IMG/VR virus record: IMGVR_UViG_3300032320_000360
Coordinates: 1 to 30,154 of that record
Strand: one strand, 5' to 3'
Source: a virus
Taxonomy: Duplodnaviria; Caudoviricetes
Length of the DNA stretch: 30,154 nt
Shown here: in pieces, positions 1 to 8,997 of the stretch
Layout: each line of letters starts with the position of its first letter
Position numbering within the stretch: position 1 is the stretch's first letter
Program-made: the position numbers and the translations under genes
The notes under the pieces: generated by a model
Database searches by the model: none
What the model was told of the DNA's origin: nothing
What the model saw: only the letters and a program-made list of their open reading frames with translations

Positions 1-30
1 AAAAAAAGCCACCTTTTTATGAGTGGCTTT
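1..30 (-). terminator. Rho-independent terminator after the NUMOD3 gene
   Basis: Stem AAAGCCAC/GTGGCTTT followed by a T7 run on the minus strand, just after the stop at 34. Confidence 0.8.
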
Positions 31-123
31 GGGTTATTTCTTTGTTAGTCTTAAATATTCTTCACGAGAAATATAATAATATTGATCTGGATATCTTGTT
101 TTTCGATATCCATAATAATCTGC
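1..123. repeat. Terminal direct repeat, copy 1 (circular assembly overlap)
   Basis: 1-123 is identical to 30032-30154. Confidence 0.97.
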
Positions 124-621
124 TCCGCCGTTAGAGTTATTTTTTTGGTTATATTGTTTTACAGCCTCTGCTCTACATTCAAAAATGCCTTCTGGCGTTA
201 CAAAACCTTTAGAATTTTCTCTTTTCTTTTTGCTCAATTTAGATTTTGTTTCTTCAGTCCAAGATTTACCTAATCTCATTTGTCTAATTTTTTCACAAGT
301 TTCTTCTGTCCTCTTTTGTCCTGTATTTTTTTCACTTATCTTTTTTCTAGTTTCTAAAGAAGCTGGCGGTTTGTTTAAGGCACTTTTTTTTAAGTTTTCT
401 TTATGAGATTGAGATTTTTCTTTACCTTTAAGAGAATCTCTAATTTTATCATTCCAATATACATCTCGACCTTTTAATCCAGCACTTATTTTTTTTCTAA
501 TTGTATCTGTAATTGGTCTTGACAGATTATTATTTGCAATTTTAATTCGACCTTCAGTCTGTTTGCGAAACTTTTGATCTCGTGTAGATTCTAATAATTG
601 ATTTAATTCTTCTGGAGTCAT
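34..621 (-). CDS. NUMOD3-repeat DNA-binding protein (homing-endonuclease-related, no nuclease domain recognised)
   Basis: Repeated NUMOD3-like motifs (ETRKKISEK, RTEETCEKIR, WTEETKSKLS) and a C-terminal VTPEGIFECRAEA module. ATG at 621 preferred over TTG at 630. Confidence 0.7.
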   Translation of the reverse strand: MTPEELNQLLESTRDQKFRKQTEGRIKIANNNLSRPITDTIRKKISAGLKGRDVYWNDKIRDSLKGKEKSQSHKENLKKSALNKPPASLETRKKISEKNTGQKRTEETCEKIRQMRLGKSWTEETKSKLSKKKRENSKGFVTPEGIFECRAEAVKQYNQKNNSNGGADYYGYRKTRYPDQYYYISREEYLRLTKK

Positions 622-622
622 A

Positions 623-1474
623 TTAGTCAATCAAGTAATCACATTTCCAAGCAGTGGTATAACTGTCTGGATCTAATTGCATTTCTTCAAATAGTTTTTC
701 AGCAAAACTAATATTATGTTCTTTGAGATTGTCCCAATTGGAATCCATCCAATAAAGGATTTGTTCTAGTTCTTCAACTGAGGCTGATTGCATACTAGGA
801 GGAGTTTCATTTAAAATACAATCAGCAATCCATCCCCAAAGCATTTTTCCTTCTAGTTCATAATCACGAGCATTTAAACGACGGCGTAGTGCTTCTTCAT
901 CAATATATTTTTGACGCTTGTTATCGCTTGAAGTATTTTTAACATCTTGTTGATCCGCTAATTTGTAATTACTACACCAAATGATAGTCATATTTGTCAA
1001 GGGAATAGTTACACCATTGCGTCCAGCAACACGATATTGATCGATACATTCTTTCTGAAACTCTTCTAATTGATTATATTGAGCTGTTAGTGCTTTATTG
1101 TAATTTAATTTGCCATCATTCAATGCAATTTTAAGAGTGTTTACGCTGTCTGCGTGAAGTAATAAATTATCACAATCGTCAATAAAAATATAAAGATGTT
1201 CATTTGGATTACGATTAGTCATAATCATAGCCATATCAACTACAAAACCAAATAGACTGGTATTGCCTTTGATACCAATTGGAACAATATTATTTTCTTT
1301 AAAGACTTTTTCAACGGTGTATGTTTTACCTAATCCTGGAGGACTATAGATATAAAAGTCTCGTTTGGTTGATCTATTGACTGCACGCTCAATTGCCTGT
1401 CGTAATCTTTTACGATTTATTTGACCTTGATCGATGAATAAACGATGAGTATCATCAAATAATTGAATTGCCAT
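623..1474 (-). CDS. AAA+ family P-loop ATPase
   Basis: Walker A YSPPGLGKT, Walker B IFIDDCD, sensor-like CSN, arginine-finger-like ALRRR. Confidence 0.85.
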   Translation of the reverse strand: MAIQLFDDTHRLFIDQGQINRKRLRQAIERAVNRSTKRDFYIYSPPGLGKTYTVEKVFKENNIVPIGIKGNTSLFGFVVDMAMIMTNRNPNEHLYIFIDDCDNLLLHADSVNTLKIALNDGKLNYNKALTAQYNQLEEFQKECIDQYRVAGRNGVTIPLTNMTIIWCSNYKLADQQDVKNTSSDNKRQKYIDEEALRRRLNARDYELEGKMLWGWIADCILNETPPSMQSASVEELEQILYWMDSNWDNLKEHNISFAEKLFEEMQLDPDSYTTAWKCDYLID

Positions 1475-1505
1475 TTTGAACTCTCTGTGTGGTTGCTATG
1501 TTGTT

Positions 1506-1534
1506 ATAATAGCATCACAGAGAGGATCTGTCAA
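1506..1534 (-). promoter_or_regulatory. Sigma70-type (early) promoter for the ATPase and NUMOD3 genes
   Basis: TTGACA-17 nt-TATTAT with an extended -10 TG. Confidence 0.8.
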
Positions 1535-1551
1535 TTGAGTGTTCTACCAAA

Positions 1552-1887
1552 TTACAGTGAACGGTTTTCTACTCTAACTCTAAAGTTACGGCGATCAACT
1601 GCACCACTGTCCACTGTGATCTGTGCAGTCACAGTATAGACCTTGTTGACTGTGCCAGCGGCCAATTTCACATAGGTGATCTTGTTGGCGCCAGTTATGC
1701 CACTGGTTGATATGGTCAAGGGCGTGGGGTTGTAGGTAGGTGCTGTAATTGAATATGACACTGCGGAAATGGTTTCACCCGCTGCCAGCCAATCTGTCCA
1801 ATCTATGGTATAGGTTAAACTGGCCAGGCGATCTTTTTCAATGTAGGCACCTTCTGTGTCGTATTTGTATCCGGTTATAGTGCTCAT
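1552..1887 (-). CDS. Putative fibre-to-virion adaptor protein
   Basis: KD...TYTIDWTDWL..GETI motif seen in small phage fibre adaptors; last gene of the fibre module; SD AAGGA. Confidence 0.55.
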   Translation of the reverse strand: MSTITGYKYDTEGAYIEKDRLASLTYTIDWTDWLAAGETISAVSYSITAPTYNPTPLTISTSGITGANKITYVKLAAGTVNKVYTVTAQITVDSGAVDRRNFRVRVENRSL

Positions 1888-1897
1888 ATAGTTGTCC

Positions 1898-4066
1898 TTA
1901 GCATTTGATTATATTTACTCTAGTTTCAAATTCCACCTTTAATACACGAGTTTCTTGTGGCACTTTGAGACGTCTTGTTTCACTTTCTACTATCAACAGT
2001 CTTGATTCTGGCAGTAGACGGGCCAGGCGTGTTTCAGGATCTACTGGAATTTCTCTACAAGGATCAAAGTTTAGAATGTCTCCTTGTGTGAGCACAAAGC
2101 CATTGGCTGATAGATTAGCCTGGGCAATTACTGCACGGAATATTATGCTAGTGATTGCAAAACTTGCAGTCAAGTTGGCCGTGTTGACAATGACCTTTTT
2201 GGCATCTGCAGTTAGTGTAAATGCTGATCTCAGCGTGCCTACTGCTCGTTTTACTGATAGACTGCTAGTGGTAGCGGTGGCCGTGGCTGTAATTGCACCT
2301 GCTCCTGGTCTTATTCTAGTATAAGTGATGTTTAGGCTAAAGGCACCTGCTTGTAGTGCTATTGCATCACGAGTTCTATCTGTGGGTTGAGCAAACGCTG
2401 TAAATCTGCCAGTCAGTGTTTCACTAACGCTTCTAATTCTAAGGCCAGTTATTGAAGTAGTTACAACTGTTGCCAGTGTGCTGGCAAATGGTTTGACCTT
2501 GAACGCAGTGGCTGTGAATGTGGCAGCACTGGTTAAACTGCTTAGGCCAAATCTCAGTCTCTGGCCCACAGTGCTCATTGTGCTGGTGCTGACAAAGTCA
2601 CTGACAGCACGAACTGTTTTTACCACAGTGGCTGACACAGTGGCTGTGCTGGTCATTGTGGCTGAATTTCTTAGGATTCTATTGGCTGTGGCTGATATAG
2701 TGGCCACTGACTGAATATTCACTGTGTTTTCTATAACAGTGACATTATTACCTGTTAGACTAAATCTGGCTTGAACACTGGGAAGTCCCAATGGTGTAGA
2801 TGCTGGACTTGGCACAGGAGTTGCACCTGGATTCAGTGTAACACCAGTGTAAGGGTCAGTGAGTTTATTGTAGAATACAGGAGTAGGCAATCCAGTTGCA
2901 GTGCCATCACTGCCTAGATCAACAAAACCTGAATAGAATCTTTCCAGTCTAAATTGGCTGTCAGTGGTTATGCCCATCCATACCTGTGCAACACCGCCTA
3001 ATAATGGTGACGATATTATTTCACGAGAACCTTCGTCTTGTGCTATTTGTCCAAAACCCAGTCTCAGTCCGCCATACAAATTACCATTGCCACTGCCATA
3101 TCTACCTGCAAACTGTAGATCTCTGCCGGAAAAATAACTGGTTCTTGAACCTTGATAAACTCCGTCAATCCATAGATTCCAACTTTCTACTGGATAGGTT
3201 TCATTAGCGGGATTGATTATGCTTCTAAATAGATAGTGGTGCCATTCAGTGTCTGTAGGTGCTACATCTTGCCAACTGGCTCCTGGTTCATCTGCATCAA
3301 AGTTAAATCTAATCCTAACGTCATTGTTCTTGAGAACAATACCACCATTGTTTAAACTGCTGCCACCTGTTTGCTCTTGAACTAGTCCTTCTGCAATGGT
3401 TTGATATGCACCGTTTACAGTGTCTCTCTTGACCCAAACACTGAATGTCCAATAATTATCTCTTGCTGATAATGTGCCGCCACTGAGTCCACTGCCAACT
3501 GGTGCTGGAAACAGACTTTGATTGAAATCTATTGTGCCATACTGGCTGCTGGTAGTGCCTAGACCAGTAAGTTGATTTAGTGGAAACTGACGACGAACAC
3601 CTGTTAGTGCTGTGAGTGAAAAGTTACTGCTGAAATTGCTGCCATTACTAACGCTGGCTCGGGCAGTGATTGTGGGTGAAAATGCTGAAGTCCATATGGC
3701 TTGAGCACGGGCTGTGATTACGGATGATACTGTCTGTGTGACTACTGCGGATGCTGAACTGGATAACTGTCTCAGTTTCAAGGCCTGTGCAGACACATTG
3801 GCAATGGTTGATAGTGTTACAGTGGTTCTTGCATCTTTTTTAGCAGTGGTGGTCTGTGCAAAAGCAGAGGCCAGTGCGGCATCAAATGCAACAAATCTAA
3901 CTCTTGTGCCTTCACAGACTAGACTAGATCGACTGCCTCCATCTTCAAAGAAGCCTTGGTCTAGATAACCGTCGGCAATGTAGGGTGCAAATCCTGCACT
4001 GGCACTGGCAGTATATACAAAATATTTGCCTTCGTAGTAGCCATCTTCGAAGTAGAGTTGATCCAT
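1898..4066 (-). CDS. Fibre protein with 20-aa repeats and a central LamG/ConA-like domain
   Basis: Thr/Ala/Ser-rich 20-aa periodic segments; LamG signature WTFSVWVKR..WHHY..LWIDG; C-terminal 9-aa ETR repeats. Confidence 0.7.
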   Translation of the reverse strand: MDQLYFEDGYYEGKYFVYTASASAGFAPYIADGYLDQGFFEDGGSRSSLVCEGTRVRFVAFDAALASAFAQTTTAKKDARTTVTLSTIANVSAQALKLRQLSSSASAVVTQTVSSVITARAQAIWTSAFSPTITARASVSNGSNFSSNFSLTALTGVRRQFPLNQLTGLGTTSSQYGTIDFNQSLFPAPVGSGLSGGTLSARDNYWTFSVWVKRDTVNGAYQTIAEGLVQEQTGGSSLNNGGIVLKNNDVRIRFNFDADEPGASWQDVAPTDTEWHHYLFRSIINPANETYPVESWNLWIDGVYQGSRTSYFSGRDLQFAGRYGSGNGNLYGGLRLGFGQIAQDEGSREIISSPLLGGVAQVWMGITTDSQFRLERFYSGFVDLGSDGTATGLPTPVFYNKLTDPYTGVTLNPGATPVPSPASTPLGLPSVQARFSLTGNNVTVIENTVNIQSVATISATANRILRNSATMTSTATVSATVVKTVRAVSDFVSTSTMSTVGQRLRFGLSSLTSAATFTATAFKVKPFASTLATVVTTSITGLRIRSVSETLTGRFTAFAQPTDRTRDAIALQAGAFSLNITYTRIRPGAGAITATATATTSSLSVKRAVGTLRSAFTLTADAKKVIVNTANLTASFAITSIIFRAVIAQANLSANGFVLTQGDILNFDPCREIPVDPETRLARLLPESRLLIVESETRRLKVPQETRVLKVEFETRVNIIKC
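1912..1917 (-). promoter_or_regulatory. TAAATA late-type promoter motif
   Basis: GTAAATA about 25 nt upstream of the 1887 start. Confidence 0.5.
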
Positions 4067-4075
4067 TTTTTAACC

Positions 4076-6079
4076 TTATGGGGTGTAAGGTGCTATACCG
4101 TTGTCGTCTATGAATACTGTTGAAGCATTTGTGCCATCCATATGCAATAACAATACTGTGTTGGCATCACTTTGAAATGGTTCTGTTGGTGCTGTAAAAT
4201 TAGCATTATAACGAGCAATGTTACTAACACGAACTTCGTCAATGTAGCCTGTAAAATATTCTACACTTCCGTGTTCAAATGCACCAATGTCAAAATGTCC
4301 ACTAGAAGTTAGGGTTGCTGAACTTGTGCCAATGGTTGTTTTAGTGCCGTTTACAAACCCATAAAAACTAGTGCCTTCACGAACCACTGCTAGATGATAC
4401 CAAGTATTGTCACTAATTGTTCCCCAGGCAACATCTGAAAATACATCCCACCCTGATCCATTACTAGAAGCATACATTCTTAAACTGGTGCCTTGGTGAT
4501 AAAATGCAATTCCTGCAAGCCCGCTGGCAGCACCGTTTACACTCATAATGTGTCTATTTCCAGAGGCAGAGGCTGTTGGACGGACCCAGGCTTCAATGGT
4601 AAAATTACCTGTGCCAAAATTCTGCACATTATATGCTCTAGCATATCCTCCTGAATTGGCATATAAACTACTAGTTCCAAATTTACTTTGTGTTGTAGAT
4701 ATCTGTGCATTGCCTATGGCTTGGATACCTCGTTGACTACGACCTTCACCATTATCATCACGGAATACTTGTGAAGCACTGGTTCCATCTGCGTGTATCA
4801 ATAATAATGTATTGGCGTCATTGACAAATGGTGCCGTAGGTGCTGTGAAGTTGGAACTATATCTTACATTATTTGAAACACGAATTTCATCAATATAACC
4901 TACGAATGGATGACTGCTTTCATCATTGGCAATACCAATGTTAAATTCATTACACTCTAAACTGCCTGAACTGGCCGTCACTGTGGTCAATGCTGTGCCA
5001 TTTTGATAGGCTTTATAAGTTGAACCTGATCTTGTAATGGCAATGTGATACCAAGTGTTGGTGCTCCAGGATCCACCAAAATCATAAAAAGTATTTTGAT
5101 AAAGTTGAAGTTTAGAATCCCATAAGAACACATTCATTGAACTTGCTGATCCATTGGCACCACGCAGATCAAATAGTGTTCTATTGGCACCTGATATAGA
5201 AGTAAAGTAAAACCAACCTTCATAGGTAAATGTTCCTGATCCTGCAAAACTACTTAGAGGTGAAACTGTCAATCCATCTCCAGTTCCATCTAGATTGGCA
5301 CTGGTGCCACCAAACTTTGACTGCGTGGTGCTGATCTGTGTATTTCCAACTGCTGACACTCCCAATGCTGATCTACCTGATCCATTATCATCTTCAAAGA
5401 ATGTTGATGCATTAGTTCCACTGCAATGCATCAATAAAACTGTATTGGCATCGTTGGTGAATGGCGTTGTTGATGGGGTAAAGGTTGCGGTATAACGGGC
5501 AGAGTTTGAAACACGAATTTCATCAATGTAACCGTTCATACTCAATGCACCACCACCTGAAGCCTGATCCGCTCCAATGGTCAATGTGCTTGCCACAATT
5601 ACTGAACCACTGTTGGTATAGGTTGAACCTATTTGTGTCCCATCAACCCAAAATTTATGATCATCACCTGAACGGGTAATGGCCACGTGATACCAAGTGT
5701 TGGCACTAAAGGTAGTTGATGCTCTATTAGCACCTTGATAGTAATAGACTGTGGAACCATCTGTGTAGATAACAGGCGTATTGTCTGAAAAACCACTGGC
5801 AGCACGACCATCATAGATAATGTTGGTGCCTGAGGTATTGGCTCTACGGAACCAAAGTTCTACAGTAAAGGCATTAGTGCCAAATGCAAAATCTGTTGTA
5901 GGTGATACTAACAAATAATCAGTGGTCCCATCAAACAGGGCACTTGCACCACCAAATTTACTTTGTGCTGTAGATATCTGTGCATTGCCAACGGCCTGAA
6001 TGCCTTTCTTTGATCTCAAGACCTGGGCCACTGCTGCCACAGTAAATGAAGCACCAACCATTGAACATAGGATACTCAT
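4076..6079 (-). CDS. Receptor-binding protein with three tandem LamG/ConA-like lectin domains
   Basis: Three repeats of GNAQIST.QSKFG...FT.E.W...WYH.A..R...YIDE.RVSN..RY...DANT.LL.H. Start at 6079 (TAATG overlap) preferred over 6136. Confidence 0.85.
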   Translation of the reverse strand: MSILCSMVGASFTVAAVAQVLRSKKGIQAVGNAQISTAQSKFGGASALFDGTTDYLLVSPTTDFAFGTNAFTVELWFRRANTSGTNIIYDGRAASGFSDNTPVIYTDGSTVYYYQGANRASTTFSANTWYHVAITRSGDDHKFWVDGTQIGSTYTNSGSVIVASTLTIGADQASGGGALSMNGYIDEIRVSNSARYTATFTPSTTPFTNDANTVLLMHCSGTNASTFFEDDNGSGRSALGVSAVGNTQISTTQSKFGGTSANLDGTGDGLTVSPLSSFAGSGTFTYEGWFYFTSISGANRTLFDLRGANGSASSMNVFLWDSKLQLYQNTFYDFGGSWSTNTWYHIAITRSGSTYKAYQNGTALTTVTASSGSLECNEFNIGIANDESSHPFVGYIDEIRVSNNVRYSSNFTAPTAPFVNDANTLLLIHADGTSASQVFRDDNGEGRSQRGIQAIGNAQISTTQSKFGTSSLYANSGGYARAYNVQNFGTGNFTIEAWVRPTASASGNRHIMSVNGAASGLAGIAFYHQGTSLRMYASSNGSGWDVFSDVAWGTISDNTWYHLAVVREGTSFYGFVNGTKTTIGTSSATLTSSGHFDIGAFEHGSVEYFTGYIDEVRVSNIARYNANFTAPTEPFQSDANTVLLLHMDGTNASTVFIDDNGIAPYTP

Positions 6080-7089
6080 TAGGATATACTTCCTGTTAGG
6101 ATTGCCACTGTTGAACTCACAAATAAAATATTGCAAACACCGCGTGTGGCTAGACTCACTGATGTCTTATTGGTATTGGTGCCTGAAATATAGGCATTGG
6201 TTGTTGATAGTGTGATTGTGATAGCGGCTGTGTGATTGTTGTAGACTACCACAACATCACCTGCGGCAAATGTTGAGTTAGGAACAGTAATTGATCCACC
6301 ACTACCCACTTGCACAAATTCAGCACGGTCTGAAGTAGTCAATGTGTATGAACTGGTCTTTTCTGATCCAGCACTTGGTATGTTTCTATAGCCTACTGCA
6401 TTGGTTCCATCTGCGGTGCAATTTGTCAATGTGCCTGAACTTGGTGTGCCCAATGCACCACTTGGTGCCACAAAGTCTGTGCCTGCGGTTGCCGCTGATA
6501 CTACACCACTTGCTGCCTTTAAGACACCACTCAATGCAGTTGCCAATGTGGTAGTTCCAGTGGCTGTCAATGCAGTAAATGTGCCTGCGGCTGCGGTAGT
6601 GCCACCTATGGTGACATTGTTTATGGTGCCTGCGGTAGCAGGATTGACTGTCAATGAACCTGTGCCTGTGGGTGCTATGCTGACATTGGCATTGGCAGGA
6701 TTGATATTGGTAGCAACCAATAGACTTAGGTTGCTGCCGCCTGAACCCCAAGATAATTGATCTACGCCTGAATTATTGCGTAGTTTACCACCCCCACTAC
6801 CACTGGCGTCATAATTGGTGCCAGAAAATGCAGTTGATCCTACAGAAGTCAATCCATTTATAGAACTGTCAAGATTGATTGTAATTGTGTCAGTTGCAGA
6901 TGCCACTGAAGTTAAATTAGTGCCGCCTGCAATAGTTAGCGTGTCATTGAGATCCAGTGTTTGACTGGTGCCACTATCTGCAGCCACAGTGATTGTGGCA
7001 TCGCGTAAATTGGTAAAGTTTGCATCACCTTCAACGAAAGTAAGTGCTGAGCCTTTGCCTGCTCTTGTGACGATTGTTGGCTTGGCCAT
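6079..7089 (-). CDS. Tail fibre protein
   Basis: N-terminal MAKPTIVTRAGKGSALTFVEGDANF attachment motif; G/T/S-rich body (INNVTIGGTTAAAGTFT). Confidence 0.8.
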   Translation of the reverse strand: MAKPTIVTRAGKGSALTFVEGDANFTNLRDATITVAADSGTSQTLDLNDTLTIAGGTNLTSVASATDTITINLDSSINGLTSVGSTAFSGTNYDASGSGGGKLRNNSGVDQLSWGSGGSNLSLLVATNINPANANVSIAPTGTGSLTVNPATAGTINNVTIGGTTAAAGTFTALTATGTTTLATALSGVLKAASGVVSAATAGTDFVAPSGALGTPSSGTLTNCTADGTNAVGYRNIPSAGSEKTSSYTLTTSDRAEFVQVGSGGSITVPNSTFAAGDVVVVYNNHTAAITITLSTTNAYISGTNTNKTSVSLATRGVCNILFVSSTVAILTGSIS

Positions 7090-7109
7090 AGTATTATCCT
7101 TTTATATTG

Positions 7110-7141
7110 AAAAGAGGGTGCTAGAACACTAACACCCTCTT
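7110..7141 (-). terminator. Rho-independent terminator
   Basis: AGAGGGTGTTAG/CTAGCACCCTCT stem followed by a short T run. Confidence 0.7.
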
Positions 7142-7148
7142 AGACCTA

Positions 7149-7574
7149 TTAGGCTAAAGCGATTGTTAAATTGCCGCTTGATACTTGGAAAGTATCGCCA
7201 GTGTCAATGGTTTTTGCAGTTGTAACTGCACCGTAGAATAATACATTGCCAGCACCTGCTGTGGCACCATCCATAACTGCAATGTGAGTAATGCTACCCC
7301 AACTTGCTGTGGCTGTGTCAAATGTCACTGTTGCAGAACTTGCTGATGTGCCACTTGAGGCTGCACCAAATGTAATTGCCTTGCGGCTGTAAGCACTTGA
7401 AGAAGTAGTAACTTCATCAGTCAATGTGCCTGCTTCCAAGTTGGTAGCGGCATTACCTGATGTGTTGTTGAACAGAGCAAGATAAAGTGTTGAAACACCA
7501 GTGTATGGTGCTGTAGAATAGCGTAGAGTGTGGTCTAGTAGTTTGTTTTCTAGATAATTTGAGGCTGCGGACAT
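7149..7574 (-). CDS. Small beta-rich virion/fibre subunit
   Basis: SNYLENKLLDH..LYLALF..EV...Y.R..ITF..WG.ITH..GN.L.YG family motif; SD CAGGAG; own promoter and terminator. Confidence 0.7.
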   Translation of the reverse strand: MSAASNYLENKLLDHTLRYSTAPYTGVSTLYLALFNNTSGNAATNLEAGTLTDEVTTSSSAYSRKAITFGAASSGTSASSATVTFDTATASWGSITHIAVMDGATAGAGNVLFYGAVTTAKTIDTGDTFQVSSGNLTIALA

Positions 7575-7649
7575 ATTGGTCTCCTGTTTGAAATATGTTG
7601 TCTTTGAGCAGACAACATATGGTTGTCTGGTGTCCTAGTGGACTACAAC

Positions 7650-7657
7650 TATTTATA
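7650..7657 (-). promoter_or_regulatory. TATAAATA, perfect T4 late-promoter consensus
   Basis: Intergenic, upstream of the structured leader of 7149-7574. Confidence 0.7.
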
Positions 7658-7691
7658 GAAAACCGTCAAAAGCCTTAAAAAACTTTAAAAT

Positions 7692-8246
7692 TTAGTGAAG
7701 ATCAACCCAAGCACCGCTGGCATATACTCTCAACTTGTTAGTGGTAGTGTTAAAGATAACCATACCACTAACACCTGTAAGTGCATTTTGTTCTGTGGTG
7801 GTATAATTTTTGAAAACCACCTGCTTGTCAAATTGCACATTACTGCTCACGCTGGTAATTTTATAAACTCCTACATCTAGGTCAGCACCTAGATGTAATC
7901 CATCACTGGCATCTGTAAACAGAGCTGGACTATTATTGATTCTAGTATCACTGCCTGGTAAATCATAAAAAGCAAATTGATATTGATCACCATATTGAAT
8001 TGTGCCACCTCCGCCACCTGAACTGGCAATGGTAATTGTTTTAGCACTATTATTGCCAGTGATAGTCACATTGCTGCCAGCCACCAATGTAATGGTGCCA
8101 TTGAGATCTGCTGTGACATTTACACCACCTGTGCCACCTTGGATTGTGATCGTGGCATCTTTGATGTTTGAAAAGTTGTTGTCTAGTTCAGTGTAGGTCA
8201 GTGCCGCTCCTTTGCCTGCTCTAGTGACGATTGTGGGTTTGGCCAT
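7692..8246 (-). CDS. Short tail fibre protein, paralogous N-terminus to 6079-7089
   Basis: MAKPTIVTRAGKGAALTYTELDNNF; C-terminal GMVIFNTTTNKLRVYASGAW fibre motif. Confidence 0.75.
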   Translation of the reverse strand: MAKPTIVTRAGKGAALTYTELDNNFSNIKDATITIQGGTGGVNVTADLNGTITLVAGSNVTITGNNSAKTITIASSGGGGGTIQYGDQYQFAFYDLPGSDTRINNSPALFTDASDGLHLGADLDVGVYKITSVSSNVQFDKQVVFKNYTTTEQNALTGVSGMVIFNTTTNKLRVYASGAWVDLH

Positions 8247-8250
8247 AGTA

Positions 8251-8472
8251 TTATCTCATATCCTTTAATTTTTCAGTCATTGTGCTTAGTGCATCTTTCA
8301 TAAGAATTTGATTGGCTGTGTTGGCAGCATTCATACCCTTTAACAAGATGTCGATGGTTTCTTGTTGCTGTTCGACTAGACGGGCTAGGTTGTTGTGGGC
8401 CTGTATCAAATTGGCCAAATTGGTATCTAAATTTACCATTGCTTGGTATGGATCAAAATTACTGTCAAACAC
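8251..8472 (-). CDS. Hypothetical coiled-coil protein
   Basis: GTG at 8472 with SD AAGGAG; heptad-like helix. Confidence 0.65.
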   Translation of the reverse strand: MFDSNFDPYQAMVNLDTNLANLIQAHNNLARLVEQQQETIDILLKGMNAANTANQILMKDALSTMTEKLKDMR

Positions 8473-8818
8473 TGGCCTTCTCCTTTCTTCTGCGTTTTCT
8501 TTCGGCAAATTTGCCAATCTTTTCTCTTGAACAAATTTGATAATGTTCTAGTCTAGTTAAAATTTCAACATTGTCTAGATGCCAACCTTTTTCATAGTCT
8601 CGACGCACTAGGCAAAATTGATTGTTGCCACGGCCTTTGTTTAGATAGCGATCATTGATTCGCCATAGGCCTATGTATTCATCTTCACTAATAGTCCATT
8701 CTTGTCCCATATACCAAGCCTGTGCTCTGGCTCTCATACAGTCCATAAACAATTTGTTGTCTACAGGGTCTGGATATCTTCTTAGGTGCGGTCTCGGTGC
8801 TGATCTATCGTATGCCAT
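8465..8818 (-). CDS. HNH-like (His-Me finger) endonuclease-related protein
   Basis: W.IS.DEY..LW and CLVRRDYEKGWHLDNVEI resemble the DR.D...GY...NV family; leaderless start after TAAATA. Confidence 0.5.
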   Translation of the reverse strand: MAYDRSAPRPHLRRYPDPVDNKLFMDCMRARAQAWYMGQEWTISEDEYIGLWRINDRYLNKGRGNNQFCLVRRDYEKGWHLDNVEILTRLEHYQICSREKIGKFAERKRRRKEKASV

Positions 8819-8823
8819 AATAG

Positions 8824-8829
8824 TATTTA
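8824..8829 (-). promoter_or_regulatory. TAAATA motif, 5 nt before ATG
   Basis: GTAAATA-ctatt-ATG, no SD. Confidence 0.65.
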
Positions 8830-8997
8830 CTCATCTTTATAATAGGGGATATCAAACAGAGCCAATATCATTAAAAACTTTGGATCTGGATCATAGAATA
8901 CAAATTCATCTTGCATTGGGTTGGCCCAATCTCTGCAGAGGATATGTTTTTGAATCTTGTCAAATTCATCATCTGACATTGACACTGATATTTTCAT
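8827..8997 (-). CDS. Hypothetical 56-aa protein (MKISVSMSDDEFDKIQKH...), absent from the ORF track
   Basis: ATGA overlap with the upstream gene; fills the gap exactly. Confidence 0.7.
   Translation of the reverse strand: MKISVSMSDDEFDKIQKHILCRDWANPMQDEFVFYDPDPKFLMILALFDIPYYKDE

Noticed and set aside
1-123. Biological terminal repeat
   Set aside because: It cuts through a gene end and has the size of an assembler overlap. It supports circularity only; real termini cannot be inferred.
34-621. Active homing endonuclease or intron
   Set aside because: No catalytic motif visible and no interrupted gene nearby.
4076-6079. Diversity-generating retroelement in the repeated LamG units
   Set aside because: No reverse transcriptase is present, and the repeats are in-frame domain duplications not limited to adenine changes.
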